64,000 bases of DNA from Alphaproteobacteria bacterium (lineage in GTDB: Bacteria; Pseudomonadota; Alphaproteobacteria; Caulobacterales; Hyphomonadaceae). The stretch covers positions 35,314 through 99,313 of the forward strand of contig JANMWT010000371.1 of the NCBI GenBank assembly GCA_031394145.1, read 5' to 3'. This document shows positions 18,279-28,483 of the stretch, in pieces. The translations under genes and the position numbers were made by a program. Numbering within the stretch: position 1 is the first letter of the stretch; each line of letters opens with the position of its first letter. A model generated the notes under the pieces. The model was given only the letters and a program-made list of their open reading frames with translations, had not been told where the DNA came from and did no database searches.

Positions 18279-19841
18279 ATGCACCGGGCGGCCGACAGCT
18301 TCATCGAGTTGCCGCGTCGGCGGCCGTTCTCGGCGCTCGACCTGCATGCGGCCGCCATCGGCAGCCTCGCCGCCACGGTGCTGATCCTTGGCTGGGGCTT
18401 CAAGATCGAGCTCATCCAGAGCCTTCTGCCCGGCTTCCCGACCATGAAACCGCGTACCGCGACGGCTTTCATGGCTCTGTCGCTAAGCGCCATGCTGTCG
18501 CTGCGGCCCTCGCGCCGCTCGCAGATCAGCTCATCGCTGGTGGCGGCCATGGTCTTCGCCTGGATGGGCTGGCTGCTCATCGCCTACTGGGACCGCAGCA
18601 ATGGCGAGACGCCAGCGTTGCTGCCGGTCCAGACGACGATCGCATCGCTGGCCCTCGGCGGGCTTGCCATGCTGGTGGTCAATCTCGCGCCCCGAGCGCA
18701 AGCGGCGGCGGCGATCATGGTGTGGCTGGCGTCGGTTCCGGCGCTCTATCGCATTCTCAGCCTGATCCTGTTCTGGGGATCGCCGAGCGATCCGGGCTCG
18801 CCGCTTTCCTCGATGGCGCTGCACACGGCTCTCCTGATCCTCTGGTTCATGATCGCGTGCATTCTCATGCATCCGCGGCTCGCCTATTCGCGGGGCATGT
18901 TCGAGGCCAGTCTGCGCGGACGCGTCCTGCGCATCGCCTTGCCGTTCGCAATCGGCGTTCCAGTGATGGTGGCTGTCCTCAGCTTGGTGATGTCGCGCGT
19001 TTTCCACTGGCAGGATGAGGCTCTGTTTGCGGTCAACGCCTCGATCAGCGTGATCCTCGGCGCGACGCTGATCTGGCGCCTGTCGATGATCATCGCCGAT
19101 TGGCAGGCCGACGCCAATGAGCGCGCTGGCCGCCTCTCGCGCGCCAACGAAGCGCTGGAGCAATATGCCTCCTCAGCCGCCCACGACCTCAAGGCCCCGG
19201 CGCGCCACATCATGCTTTATGGCGAACTCCTGGAGGACGCGCTCAATCAGGGGGATGTTGAGGCGGCGCGTCGGCACGCCCGCTCGATCCGCGACAGCGT
19301 CGTCGCGTTGCCCGTGATGATCGAAGGCATGCTGGATTTTTCCCGCTCGGGCCACGCCGAACTCAATCTTGGTGAAACCATGCTGGGCGAACTGGTTCAG
19401 TCGGCTGGCGCGCTGCAGGTCGAGGACTTGAAAGCGGCAGGCGCAAGGGTTGTCGTGGTGCACGAAGCGCTGCTGCCGTGTGACCGCCAGCTGATGACCG
19501 TAGTGTTCCAGAACCTGATCGCCAACTCGCTCAACAGCCGGCGCAAGGATCGTCAGCTGACGATCCGGATTGACGCTGAACGGGACGAAGCAGTCTGGGA
19601 GGTCTCGGTCGAGGACAATGGCGTCGGCTTCGATCCGGAGTTCAGCGGCGTCGCCTTCAATCCGTTGGCGCGGGGGGTGACGCGGGCCGGCCCAGGCGCG
19701 GGCATCGGCCTCGCCACCTGCAGAACCATCGTTCAGAGCCATGGCGGTGAAATCCGCGTAGATCCGACCTTCCGCGACGGCGCGCGCGTCGAATTCACGC
19801 TGCCGGCCAAGCCGCTCCCAGAGGTTGCGGCGAAAGGTTGA
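18279..19841 (+). CDS. membrane sensor histidine kinase
   Basis: About 250-aa multi-TM N-terminus. H-box SSAAHDLKAPARHI, ATPase boxes VEDNGVGFD and GAGIGLATC. Confidence 0.85.
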   Translation: MHRAADSFIELPRRRPFSALDLHAAAIGSLAATVLILGWGFKIELIQSLLPGFPTMKPRTATAFMALSLSAMLSLRPSRRSQISSSLVAAMVFAWMGWLLIAYWDRSNGETPALLPVQTTIASLALGGLAMLVVNLAPRAQAAAAIMVWLASVPALYRILSLILFWGSPSDPGSPLSSMALHTALLILWFMIACILMHPRLAYSRGMFEASLRGRVLRIALPFAIGVPVMVAVLSLVMSRVFHWQDEALFAVNASISVILGATLIWRLSMIIADWQADANERAGRLSRANEALEQYASSAAHDLKAPARHIMLYGELLEDALNQGDVEAARRHARSIRDSVVALPVMIEGMLDFSRSGHAELNLGETMLGELVQSAGALQVEDLKAAGARVVVVHEALLPCDRQLMTVVFQNLIANSLNSRRKDRQLTIRIDAERDEAVWEVSVEDNGVGFDPEFSGVAFNPLARGVTRAGPGAGIGLATCRTIVQSHGGEIRVDPTFRDGARVEFTLPAKPLPEVAAKG

Positions 19842-19901
19842 ATTGGGTGGAGGATCAGGCGTGACTGGATCAAGCGCCCGGCGAAGGATAAGAGCCTCGC
19901 C

Positions 19902-20807
19902 ATGTTCCCCGCCCCACGCTTCTTCTTCCGGCATAAATTTCTGACCCGCTTGGCGCGCAGCGTCTGGAAGCGCTATGCCCGCACCTTCAAAGGCCCCTGG
20001 TTCGTCGAACGACGCATGGGCGCCCTTTGGCTGTTCGAACAGCACAACATCATCGATCGCTACCTCTTCTGTGTCGGCGTGTGGGAAGAAGCGCAGGTCG
20101 CGCGATTGACCGACCTCGCGCGCAAGCTGGGGGTTGATTGCGGGCGGCCGATCTTTCTCGACATCGGCTCGCACGCCGGCTTCTACGCGGTTCTGATGGC
20201 GAAGACCGGTCTCTTCTCTGAGGTCGTCGCCTGCGAGCCGCTGCCAGCGCACCTTGCTCAGTTGCAAGCCAATCTGTTGCTCAACGACCTGGTGGGTTCG
20301 GTCACCGTCCACGCAGCGGCGGCAAGCGACAAGGCGGGGACGCTGCGGTTCGCCGCCGGCCCGCCCAGCAATCGCGGCACGGCCCATGCGCTCGACGGCC
20401 TCTCGACCGGCTCGCTGTCCGCGACGCCGGCCGACCAGGTCATCGAGGTCGATGCGCGCCGGATGGATGATCTGGCGCCCCTGCGCGGCGGCTGCGCGGC
20501 GGTCAAGATCGATGTTGAAGGTCATGAGGCCTCGACCCTGGCCGGCATGCGCGACTTCCTCACCGCCAATCGCTGCGTGCTGCAGGTCGAAATCCTGTCG
20601 GACGGTCTGGCGCATGTCTCGGGTCTGCTTCGAGACATGGGCTATCGCCCGCTCGGCGCGATCGATTTCGATCATTATTTCACCAATGCACCCGCCATCG
20701 CGGCTGCGATCGAAGCGACCCCCGAAGCTTCCGGCGACAGACCTTCCGGCGACAGACCTTCCGGCGACAGGCCTTCCGGCGACAGACCTTCCGGCGACAG
20801 GCGATGA
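19902..20807 (+). CDS. FkbM-family SAM-dependent methyltransferase with a (PSGDR)5 C-terminal tail
   Basis: FLDIGSHAGFY (SAM motif I) and VKIDVEGHE (FkbM signature). The stop overlaps the hemW start (ATGA). Confidence 0.75.
   Translation: MFPAPRFFFRHKFLTRLARSVWKRYARTFKGPWFVERRMGALWLFEQHNIIDRYLFCVGVWEEAQVARLTDLARKLGVDCGRPIFLDIGSHAGFYAVLMAKTGLFSEVVACEPLPAHLAQLQANLLLNDLVGSVTVHAAAASDKAGTLRFAAGPPSNRGTAHALDGLSTGSLSATPADQVIEVDARRMDDLAPLRGGCAAVKIDVEGHEASTLAGMRDFLTANRCVLQVEILSDGLAHVSGLLRDMGYRPLGAIDFDHYFTNAPAIAAAIEATPEASGDRPSGDRPSGDRPSGDRPSGDRR
20728..20802. repeat. tandem repeat 5 x 15 bp (cttccggcgacag[a/g]c), coding
   Basis: Units at 20728, 20743, 20758, 20773 and 20788. Encodes PSGDR x5 at the 3' end of the methyltransferase CDS. 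Confidence 0.95.
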
Positions 20808-21958
20808 TCGCTGGCGCTTTTGAACCGGCTCGGGGTTTCGGCGTCTACCTGCATTGGCCCTATTGCGCCCGCATCTGTCCCTATTGCGATTTCAACGTCT
20901 ATGCGGCGAAGGCGCGGGACACCGCGCCGCTGATCGAGGCGATGCTCGCCGATCTCGACAGCTGGCGCGCCCGATCCGGTCCTCGCACAGTCGATGCGGT
21001 GTTTTTCGGCGGCGGCTCGCCCTCACTCATGGCGGGCGCGGATATCGCGCGGCTGATCGAGCGCATCGATCGCGCCTGGGGGATCAGGCCGGGCGCCGAG
21101 ATCACGCTTGAAGCCAATCCCGATGATGCGGCGGGTTTTGCCGACTTCGCCGCAGCAGGCGTCGATCGGCTTTCGCTCGGCGTCCAGTCACTGCACGACA
21201 CCGCGCTCAAATTCCTCGGCCGGACGCATTCAGCGGCGGAGGCGGTTGCGGCGTTGCAGCTGGCGCAAGGCAGGTTCCGCTCCGTTTCGCTCGACCTGAT
21301 CTATGCGCTCCCCGGCCAGGACCTTGCAGACTGGCGTGGCGAACTTGAAAAGGCCCTGGAGCTCGGCGCCGATCACCTGTCGCTCTACGAGCTGACCATC
21401 GAACCCGGCGCCGCCTTCGCGCGAGCGGTCGACCGCGAGGACTGGGCGCCGCTTGGAGACGATGCGGCGGCCGATCTTTATGAAGCGACGCAGGCGGCGT
21501 GCGACGCCGCGGGCTACCCGGCCTACGAAATCTCGAACCATGCGCGGGGCGAGGCGCATCGCTCGCGGCACAATGCGATCTACTGGCGCTCGGGCGACTG
21601 GGTCGGCGTCGGTCCCGGCGCGCACGGACGTCTGACCGTCGAAGGCCATCGTCTGGCGATCGAGGCGGCGGAAAAGCCCGGCGCCTATCTCAAGGCGGTG
21701 CGCGAGACCAGCGCTGGCTGGTCGCTGGTCGAGACGCTCTCGCCGCTCGATCAGGCGCGCGAGCGGTTGTCGATGGGCCTGAGGCTGGTCGAGGGGATCG
21801 AGCTGGCCGACGTGACGACGCTGGGCTTTGAGCTCAGCGCAACGACACTCGATGAACTCGCCGCGCTGGGCCTCCTCAAGCGTCACGCGCGAGGCATCGC
21901 ACTCACCCCGAGAGGCCGTCTTGCCGCCGACCGCATCGTTCAGATGATTGCCCCGTGA
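20804..21958 (+). CDS. hemW: radical SAM heme chaperone HemW (HemN-like, oxygen-independent coproporphyrinogen oxidase family)
   Basis: HWPYCARICPYCDFN (CxxxCxxC) and GGGSPS. About 384 aa. Follows rdgB as in many alphaproteobacteria. Confidence 0.9.
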   Translation: MIAGAFEPARGFGVYLHWPYCARICPYCDFNVYAAKARDTAPLIEAMLADLDSWRARSGPRTVDAVFFGGGSPSLMAGADIARLIERIDRAWGIRPGAEITLEANPDDAAGFADFAAAGVDRLSLGVQSLHDTALKFLGRTHSAAEAVAALQLAQGRFRSVSLDLIYALPGQDLADWRGELEKALELGADHLSLYELTIEPGAAFARAVDREDWAPLGDDAAADLYEATQAACDAAGYPAYEISNHARGEAHRSRHNAIYWRSGDWVGVGPGAHGRLTVEGHRLAIEAAEKPGAYLKAVRETSAGWSLVETLSPLDQARERLSMGLRLVEGIELADVTTLGFELSATTLDELAALGLLKRHARGIALTPRGRLAADRIVQMIAP

Positions 21959-21961
21959 GGA

Positions 21962-23263
21962 TCACGAGCCTGGCGAGAACGCCACCACCGCCGGTGAAAT
22001 GATCTTGGCGTCGCCGCCGGGTCCGATCTGTCGCACGGTCAGCGCCCGCTGGATCGAGCCATCGCCGAGGAAGCGGAAGAGGCCGTTGACGCCGGTAAAG
22101 CCTTCTTGGCGCTGGACCATCGCGGCATCGAGCCGGTCGCCCTTCGCCAGGGCCTCCGCCAGCGCGCCGGCGTCATAGCCGAAGCTGGCGAGCTTGGGCG
22201 CCGCTTCCCCGAAGCTTGCCTGATAGCGCCGGTCGAAGTCGGCGGTCAGGTTCGGGTCTGGCGCCGGGAAGGCGCCGCCGAACAGGGCGGGCTCACGCCA
22301 GACGGCAGGATCGTTCCACATGCCCGTTCCAAGGAACTTCACCTGCCGCACATTGACGTCGAAATAGGGCAGGAGGGATGCAACCGTGCGCAGCTGCACG
22401 CCGCGCTCGGGGATCAGCACCGCGACCTTGCCGGGGGACGCCTTGTCTTCCGCCTTGACCCGGTCTGACAGGCGCTTGGCGGGCGACTGAGGCGAGGCGT
22501 CTCCCGGTTTATAGTATTCGGCGGGGATCATCACCGCGCCATGCCGGGCGACCGCGCTACTCAGTGCGGTTTCGGCGATGTGGCCGTACTCGGTGTCAGG
22601 TCCGAACATGGCGAAGCGCGTGACGCCCTGGCTCGAGGCCCAGTCGACGATGCGATCGATCTCGGTTTGCGGCGTCAGCGACATCAGATAGGCGCCGCCG
22701 CCGATGGCCGAGGTGTCGGTCGAAAACGAGAAAACCGGCGCACCGACCCGGGCGGCCGCTTGGGCGACGGAGGGAATCTGCTGGGCGAAGAGCGGCCCGA
22801 CCACCGCAATGGCGCCGTCCTTGATCGCTTCGTCCGCAACCCGGCCGCTGGACTGGGCGTCGGTTCCCGAATCGCGCGGCATCAGCACGACGTCCTGTGC
22901 GCCGACCTCGAACAGCGACATCTGGATGGCGTTGAACAGCGCATTGGCCAGCCTGCGCACATCGGCGTCAGGCGAGGAGAAAGGCAGCAGCACCGCGATG
23001 CGCTTCAGTTCGCGCCGCTCGCTGTTTGGGATGTGACGCGGCATATAGGCGTTGCGGCTGTCGGCGAACTTGGTCGAGACCGGCGCGGATGGGATGGGCT
23101 CCCCTGGCCGCGGCGGGCGGGTTGGATCGGGGCGCTGGTTGCCGCTATAGGTTGGCGTGGTCGGACGCGAGGGGCCATCGACGCACGCTGACAGGGCGGC
23201 GATCGCCACGCCAGCGGCGGCAAGAAATCGCAATGAGCCGCGAGCTCGAGGTTCAGATGGCAT
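21962..23263 (-). CDS. LpoA/LppC-like penicillin-binding-protein activator lipoprotein (type I periplasmic binding fold)
   Basis: Lipobox IAALSAC, a Pro-rich linker, then a PBP-type domain (IAVLLPFS...). Divergent from rsmI, as lpoA is in E. coli. Confidence 0.65.
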   Translation of the reverse strand: MPSEPRARGSLRFLAAAGVAIAALSACVDGPSRPTTPTYSGNQRPDPTRPPRPGEPIPSAPVSTKFADSRNAYMPRHIPNSERRELKRIAVLLPFSSPDADVRRLANALFNAIQMSLFEVGAQDVVLMPRDSGTDAQSSGRVADEAIKDGAIAVVGPLFAQQIPSVAQAAARVGAPVFSFSTDTSAIGGGAYLMSLTPQTEIDRIVDWASSQGVTRFAMFGPDTEYGHIAETALSSAVARHGAVMIPAEYYKPGDASPQSPAKRLSDRVKAEDKASPGKVAVLIPERGVQLRTVASLLPYFDVNVRQVKFLGTGMWNDPAVWREPALFGGAFPAPDPNLTADFDRRYQASFGEAAPKLASFGYDAGALAEALAKGDRLDAAMVQRQEGFTGVNGLFRFLGDGSIQRALTVRQIGPGGDAKIISPAVVAFSPGS

Positions 23264-24297
23264 GCGCGACCCCTCCTGAGGATCCGTCGTCGCTCCCGCC
23301 CCCGGGCGAGGAGGATGCTAGGCTTAGCGGTGAATCGGCACAAGTTGACGACCGTTCATCTCCGCCCCGTCTCTTTCGAGTCGATCCGCAACTCAAGCCG
23401 GGTCTTTACATCGTCTCGACCCCGATCGGGAACCTTCGCGACATCACCCTGCGCGCCCTCGACGTGCTGGCGTCGGTTGACGCCGTCTGGGCCGAAGACA
23501 CGCGGGTGACGGCAAAGCTCCTGTCCGCCTACGGAGTGTCGGCACGGCTGCGGCCATATAATGACCACAACGGGGCCGAGGCGCGACCGGGCATCCTTGC
23601 CGACCTGGAAGCGGGCAGGCGGGTGGCGCTGGTCTCTGACGCCGGCACGCCCCTGGTCTCCGATCCGGGCTTCAAGCTGGTGCGCGAAGCGGTGGAGCGG
23701 GGGCTCAGCGTGGTTGCGGTTCCGGGGGCCTCGGCGACGCTTGCAGCCTTGGCGGTGGCCGGCCTGCCGACCGACCGCTTCTTGTTCGCCGGCTTCCCGC
23801 CGCCGCGCTCGGCCGCCCGGCTCAAGAGCTTCGCCGATCTCAAGCCCCTGCGCGCCACCCTGGTGTTCTTCGAAGGACCGTCGCGTCTGGTCGAAAGCCT
23901 TGCCGACATGGCCCACGCCTTCGGCCCGCGTCCGGCCGTCGTCGCCCGCGAGTTGACCAAGCTGTTCGAGGAGGCGCGACGCGGGACGCTGAGTGACCTT
24001 GCGGAGCATTATGCACGCGAAGGCCCGCCACGCGGCGAAATCGTCGTCCTCGTCGGTCCGCCAGCGGACGAGGCGGAGGCCGATGAGGAAGTCCTCGACG
24101 CCGCCATCCGCGCCGCAGACCCGACCCGTCCGATCAAGGAGATTTCGGCCGAGATCGCTGCGCGCCTTGGGCTGAAGCGCCGGGATGTCTATGAGCGATC
24201 GCTGGCTTTGCGTGCATCGGGGACGCTGGACGAGCCAGACAGGGGCCCAGACAGGGGCCCAGACAGGGGCGAGGACAGGGGCGAGGACAGCGATTAA
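23233..24297 (+). CDS. rsmI: 16S rRNA C1402 2'-O-methyltransferase RsmI with a repetitive C-terminal tail
   Basis: GLYIVSTPIGNLRDITLRALDVL, WAEDTR, SDAGTP. The start (23233 or 23257) is uncertain, and either one overlaps the divergent lpoA-like start. Confidence 0.88.
   Translation: MSRELEVQMACATPPEDPSSLPPPGEEDARLSGESAQVDDRSSPPRLFRVDPQLKPGLYIVSTPIGNLRDITLRALDVLASVDAVWAEDTRVTAKLLSAYGVSARLRPYNDHNGAEARPGILADLEAGRRVALVSDAGTPLVSDPGFKLVREAVERGLSVVAVPGASATLAALAVAGLPTDRFLFAGFPPPRSAARLKSFADLKPLRATLVFFEGPSRLVESLADMAHAFGPRPAVVARELTKLFEEARRGTLSDLAEHYAREGPPRGEIVVLVGPPADEAEADEEVLDAAIRAADPTRPIKEISAEIAARLGLKRRDVYERSLALRASGTLDEPDRGPDRGPDRGEDRGEDSD
24235..24290. repeat. tandem repeat about 4.7 x 12 bp (ccagacaggggc / gaggacaggggc), coding
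   Basis: Units at 24235, 24247, 24259, 24271 and 24283. Encodes PDRG PDRG PDRG EDRG ED at the rsmI 3' end. Confidence 0.95.
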
Positions 24298-24453
24298 CAA
24301 AGCTCAGCACGATCGGGCGCGCGAATTGCTCCCGGAGCGCCTGATTTGACCTAACCATCGCCAACCGGCGGGAAACCGCATCGCAAGCGCCTCCAAATCG
24401 CCGCATGATTGGGTAAACTGGCTCCCAACTGCCTGACCTGCTGGAGATTTTCC

Positions 24454-25287
24454 ATGTCCGCCCGCCAGACTGTCCGTCCGCCCGCCCGCCCCGCCACCCG
24501 CGCTCCCGGGGGGTCGATCGTCCGCCTGTCCGCCGTCTTGGTCCTTGCCGTCGCCGCCCTGGGCGCTTGCGCGGCGTTCCAGGACAAGACGCTGGGACAA
24601 AGCATCGATGAGACCAGCGCCGCCACCCAGATCCGCACCCGGCTTCTTGCCTCCGGCGGCCCCAATCATTTCGGCGAAGTCGACGTCGAGGTCGAGGATC
24701 GTTTCGTCCTACTCTCCGGGCGCGTGCCCAGCGAAGCCGACCGCACGGAGGCCGAACGCATCGCCTGGAGCGTCAACATCATCGACGAGGTCGCCGACGA
24801 GTTGGTCGTCGAACAGCGCAGCGTGAAGCGCGACGTGAACGACATCTGGATCGGCCAACAGGTGCGCGGACGTCTGCTCGTGGCGCGCAAGGTCAACAGC
24901 ATCAACTACAACGTCCAGGTCTATGATGGCGTCGTCTACCTTCTCGGCCAGGCCCGCAGCGAAGAAGAGCTGAAGGCGGCGGCCGAAGAGGCCAGCGTGG
25001 TCAAGGGCGTCAACAAGGTGGTGTCCTATGTGAAGGTCCGCGGACCTGCCGCTCGCCCCCGCGAGGGCCAGGCGCCCGTCACTCAGCCTTATCAGACCCA
25101 GGGGTCCAGATCCGGGCCTGTCCAGATCGCGCCTCCCGCCGAGACGGCGGCGCCGATCGTACCGCCGGATCGCCCGCCGACGACGCGGCAAGGCTATTCC
25201 GATCCTTATGCGCCGGGCGCCACCCCGCCGCCCGGCCGCAATTCCAGCAATTCGCTGACCAGCCAGCCGCTGGCGCCGGTGCCCTAG
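24454..25287 (+). CDS. dual BON-domain lipoprotein (DolP/OsmY-like) with a Pro-rich tail
   Basis: Start at MSARQ (ATG 24454). Lipobox ALGAC. Two BON cores, VEVEDRFVLLSGRVPS and VQVYDGVVYLLGQARS. Confidence 0.8.
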   Translation: MSARQTVRPPARPATRAPGGSIVRLSAVLVLAVAALGACAAFQDKTLGQSIDETSAATQIRTRLLASGGPNHFGEVDVEVEDRFVLLSGRVPSEADRTEAERIAWSVNIIDEVADELVVEQRSVKRDVNDIWIGQQVRGRLLVARKVNSINYNVQVYDGVVYLLGQARSEEELKAAAEEASVVKGVNKVVSYVKVRGPAARPREGQAPVTQPYQTQGSRSGPVQIAPPAETAAPIVPPDRPPTTRQGYSDPYAPGATPPPGRNSSNSLTSQPLAPVP

Positions 25288-25343
25288 GGCGTCGTTCGCT
25301 TGCCATGCGCGTGTGGGGGTTAGCGAGAGGCGGGACAGCGGCG

Positions 25344-25370
25344 CTGGTCGTCCTGGTCGTCCTGGCGATC
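25344..25370. repeat. tandem repeat 3 x 9 bp (ctggtcgtc)
   Basis: Units at 25344, 25353 and 25362 (2 mismatches). Intergenic. Confidence 0.8.
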
Positions 25371-25499
25371 GACGCGATGGCGTTGTCTCGACACGCTCAG
25401 CTGGAGCGGTGTCCGAAGACAAGGTGAAGCGTTGGTCGGGTCGATTGCTTCGCACGGTTCCAGCCCCTATGTCGGATGCGACATGTCCGGGGTTCGACC

Positions 25500-26450
<951 letters not shown>

Positions 26451-26620
26451 GTCCGGCGGATGAGGCCGGGAAACGTCAAACGCCGCGCAGTTATGGATAT
26501 TCGCCTGGCCGAAGGGTGACCGGCGTCGTTTGGCGACGGCTGATGCGCTGAGCCTGGACGAGGCGAGGCGGGGGAGGGGCGTCATCCGGCCCGGAAAATC
26601 GGCGATGCGCGAGTCTCGCA

Positions 26621-28483
26621 TTGATTAGTCTGGCAATCATTCCCTCGATCAAGATGGCCAAGACCGCTGGCGCGTTAATCGTCTGGTCAGCGGCCTGTTG
26701 CAGGGTCGCGGAGATGACCCGATCCCGATCGACCTTTTCGCACACTGTCGCCGTCTCCACGCCGACCGCTGGTCTGGCGCCGCTGGCGCGCGGCTGGCCC
26801 GGCGCGGCGCTGGTGGTCGGCGCCGATGGTCTGGTCGCGGCGGCAAGTTCAATGTCGGGCTTTTGCGAGGGTATGCGGGCGCCGTTCACGCTGCCGGGCA
26901 ATGATGCGGCCGCCCAGCTTGCGGATGCAGCTGGGCGAACCTGGCGCGTCTCCGCCCCGGTCGGCGACCAGCGCTTCGCCGTGATGGACGTTAAGCGCGA
27001 ACCCGATGCCGCCGACCGCTTCACCGCTGCGGTCAGCCACGAGATCCGAACGCCACTCAACGGCATTCTCGGCATGGCGGCGCTGCTTGAGGAAAGCGAG
27101 CTTGCGCCGGCCGAGCGCGAATATGCCCTCGCCATTCGCAAAAGCGGCGCACGCCTCCTCGACCTGCTCAACAACGTGCTGGACTATTCACGTCTCGAAG
27201 CTGGCGACATTCCCCTCGAATCGGCGCCTTTCGATCCGGCCGACCTGGTGCAGGACGTCGCAGAGCTTCTCTCCACCCGCGCCCATGCGTCGGGCCTCGA
27301 CATAGCCGCCATCGTCGATCCCGAACTGCCGTCCCGGATGATCGGCGATGAAGGACGGTTGCGACAGGTGTTGTTCAATCTCGCCGGCAACGCCGTGAAG
27401 TTCACGTCGACCGGCGGGGTGCTGATCGAGGCGCGACGCGGACCTGCAGGCAAGGGCCTCTCGCTGATCGTGCGGGACACCGGCGCGGGCATTCCCGACC
27501 ATGCGCGCGCGCGCCTGTTCGACGCTTTTGGTCAAGCCAACGCTTCGGACGCACGCCGCGATGGCGGCGTCGGTCTTGGCCTCGCGATCGTGGCGCGCCT
27601 GGTTGCGACGATGAAGGGCGAGGTCGACTTTGTCTCTGCGCCGGGTGGCGGGGCGCTGTTCCGGGTCGAGCTTCCCCTCGCGGATGACGTCCTCTCGCCG
27701 ATGGCGCCGCGGATGACGGGGTCGCATCCGCGCCGCCCGAAACCACCGGCGATCGCGTTCGATCTGCCGCCTGCCTCCGCACTCGCCTGCTTTGCCGCCC
27801 TGGCCGAGGATGGCGCGCATATTCTGGCTGCGACGGAGGCGGGGGCTGCCAGGGCCGATCTGGTCATCGTCGATGCGGCATTGCCGCCGGCGCGCATCGA
27901 AGCGCTGGCGCGGCGCAGGCCGACGCTGGTCGTTCTGCGCCCGGAAGACCGATCGCGCATCGCCCAGTTCCGCGACATTGGTTGCGCGGGCTATCTGATT
28001 CGCCCGCTGCGGGCCGCCTCGATCCTGGAACGGGCCCGGCTGGCGATGGCGGGCGACGTGCAGGTCGCGCCGGTCGAGACCAAAGCGCCTGGAGACGCCG
28101 GTCATGTCCTGATCGCCGACGATAACGCCGTGAATGCGCTTTTGGCGACGCGGGCGCTCACCGCCGCTGGTTTCCGGGTGGATTGCGCCGCCACCGGCGC
28201 CGAGGCGCTGGAACGCGCCGGGGAAACACTCTACTCTGTGATCTTCATGGATATCCGCATGCCGGTGATGGATGGTCTCGAAGCGACGCGGCGCATTCGC
28301 CGCCTTGGCGGCGCTGCGGCGGCAACCCCGATCATCGCGCTGACGGCTGACATCGATCTGGCGCTCGAGGATCGCGCCCGCGCGGCCGGCGTCACCGCCA
28401 TGGCGGCCAAACCGATCGATCCGCCGCGCCTGCGCCAGCTGGCCGAGACCTGGGCGACGGGTCGTCAGGCGGGCGTGAAATGA
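26621..28483 (+). CDS. cytoplasmic hybrid histidine kinase (DHp-CA-degenerate receiver-receiver)
   Basis: H-box VSHEIRTPLNGILGMA, ATPase boxes RDTGAGIP and GVGLGLAIV. A receiver-like segment lacks the acidic pocket (DLVIVDAAL...GYLIRPL). A true receiver follows (VLIADDN...VIFMDIRMPVMDG...AKP). No TM segments. Start uncertain. Confidence 0.85.
   Translation: MISLAIIPSIKMAKTAGALIVWSAACCRVAEMTRSRSTFSHTVAVSTPTAGLAPLARGWPGAALVVGADGLVAAASSMSGFCEGMRAPFTLPGNDAAAQLADAAGRTWRVSAPVGDQRFAVMDVKREPDAADRFTAAVSHEIRTPLNGILGMAALLEESELAPAEREYALAIRKSGARLLDLLNNVLDYSRLEAGDIPLESAPFDPADLVQDVAELLSTRAHASGLDIAAIVDPELPSRMIGDEGRLRQVLFNLAGNAVKFTSTGGVLIEARRGPAGKGLSLIVRDTGAGIPDHARARLFDAFGQANASDARRDGGVGLGLAIVARLVATMKGEVDFVSAPGGGALFRVELPLADDVLSPMAPRMTGSHPRRPKPPAIAFDLPPASALACFAALAEDGAHILAATEAGAARADLVIVDAALPPARIEALARRRPTLVVLRPEDRSRIAQFRDIGCAGYLIRPLRAASILERARLAMAGDVQVAPVETKAPGDAGHVLIADDNAVNALLATRALTAAGFRVDCAATGAEALERAGETLYSVIFMDIRMPVMDGLEATRRIRRLGGAAAATPIIALTADIDLALEDRARAAGVTAMAAKPIDPPRLRQLAETWATGRQAGVK

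Noticed and set aside
19173-20675. Very long ORFs lie antisense to recognised genes. Examples are 19173-20675, 28465-29835, 30615-32573, 32614-34251, 38817-40115, 40215-42068, 43393-45180, 48120-49337, 53327-55036 and 56393-57694.
   Set aside because: All are Arg/Gly/Pro/Asp-rich with no recognisable motifs. Each lies opposite a CDS with strong family signatures. This is the typical stop-codon-poor antisense frame of high-GC DNA.
14387-20807. The two insertions in the rph-rdgB-hemW run could be called mobile elements or genomic islands.
   Set aside because: There is no integrase, transposase, tRNA target, flanking direct repeat or obvious compositional break. They are reported only as synteny interruptions.
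26621-28483. The hybrid kinase could be called an ortholog of Caulobacter ShkA.
   Set aside because: Only the domain order is similar. I could not find the linker motif described for ShkA, and no shpA/tacA genes are nearby. It is kept as an architectural analogy only.
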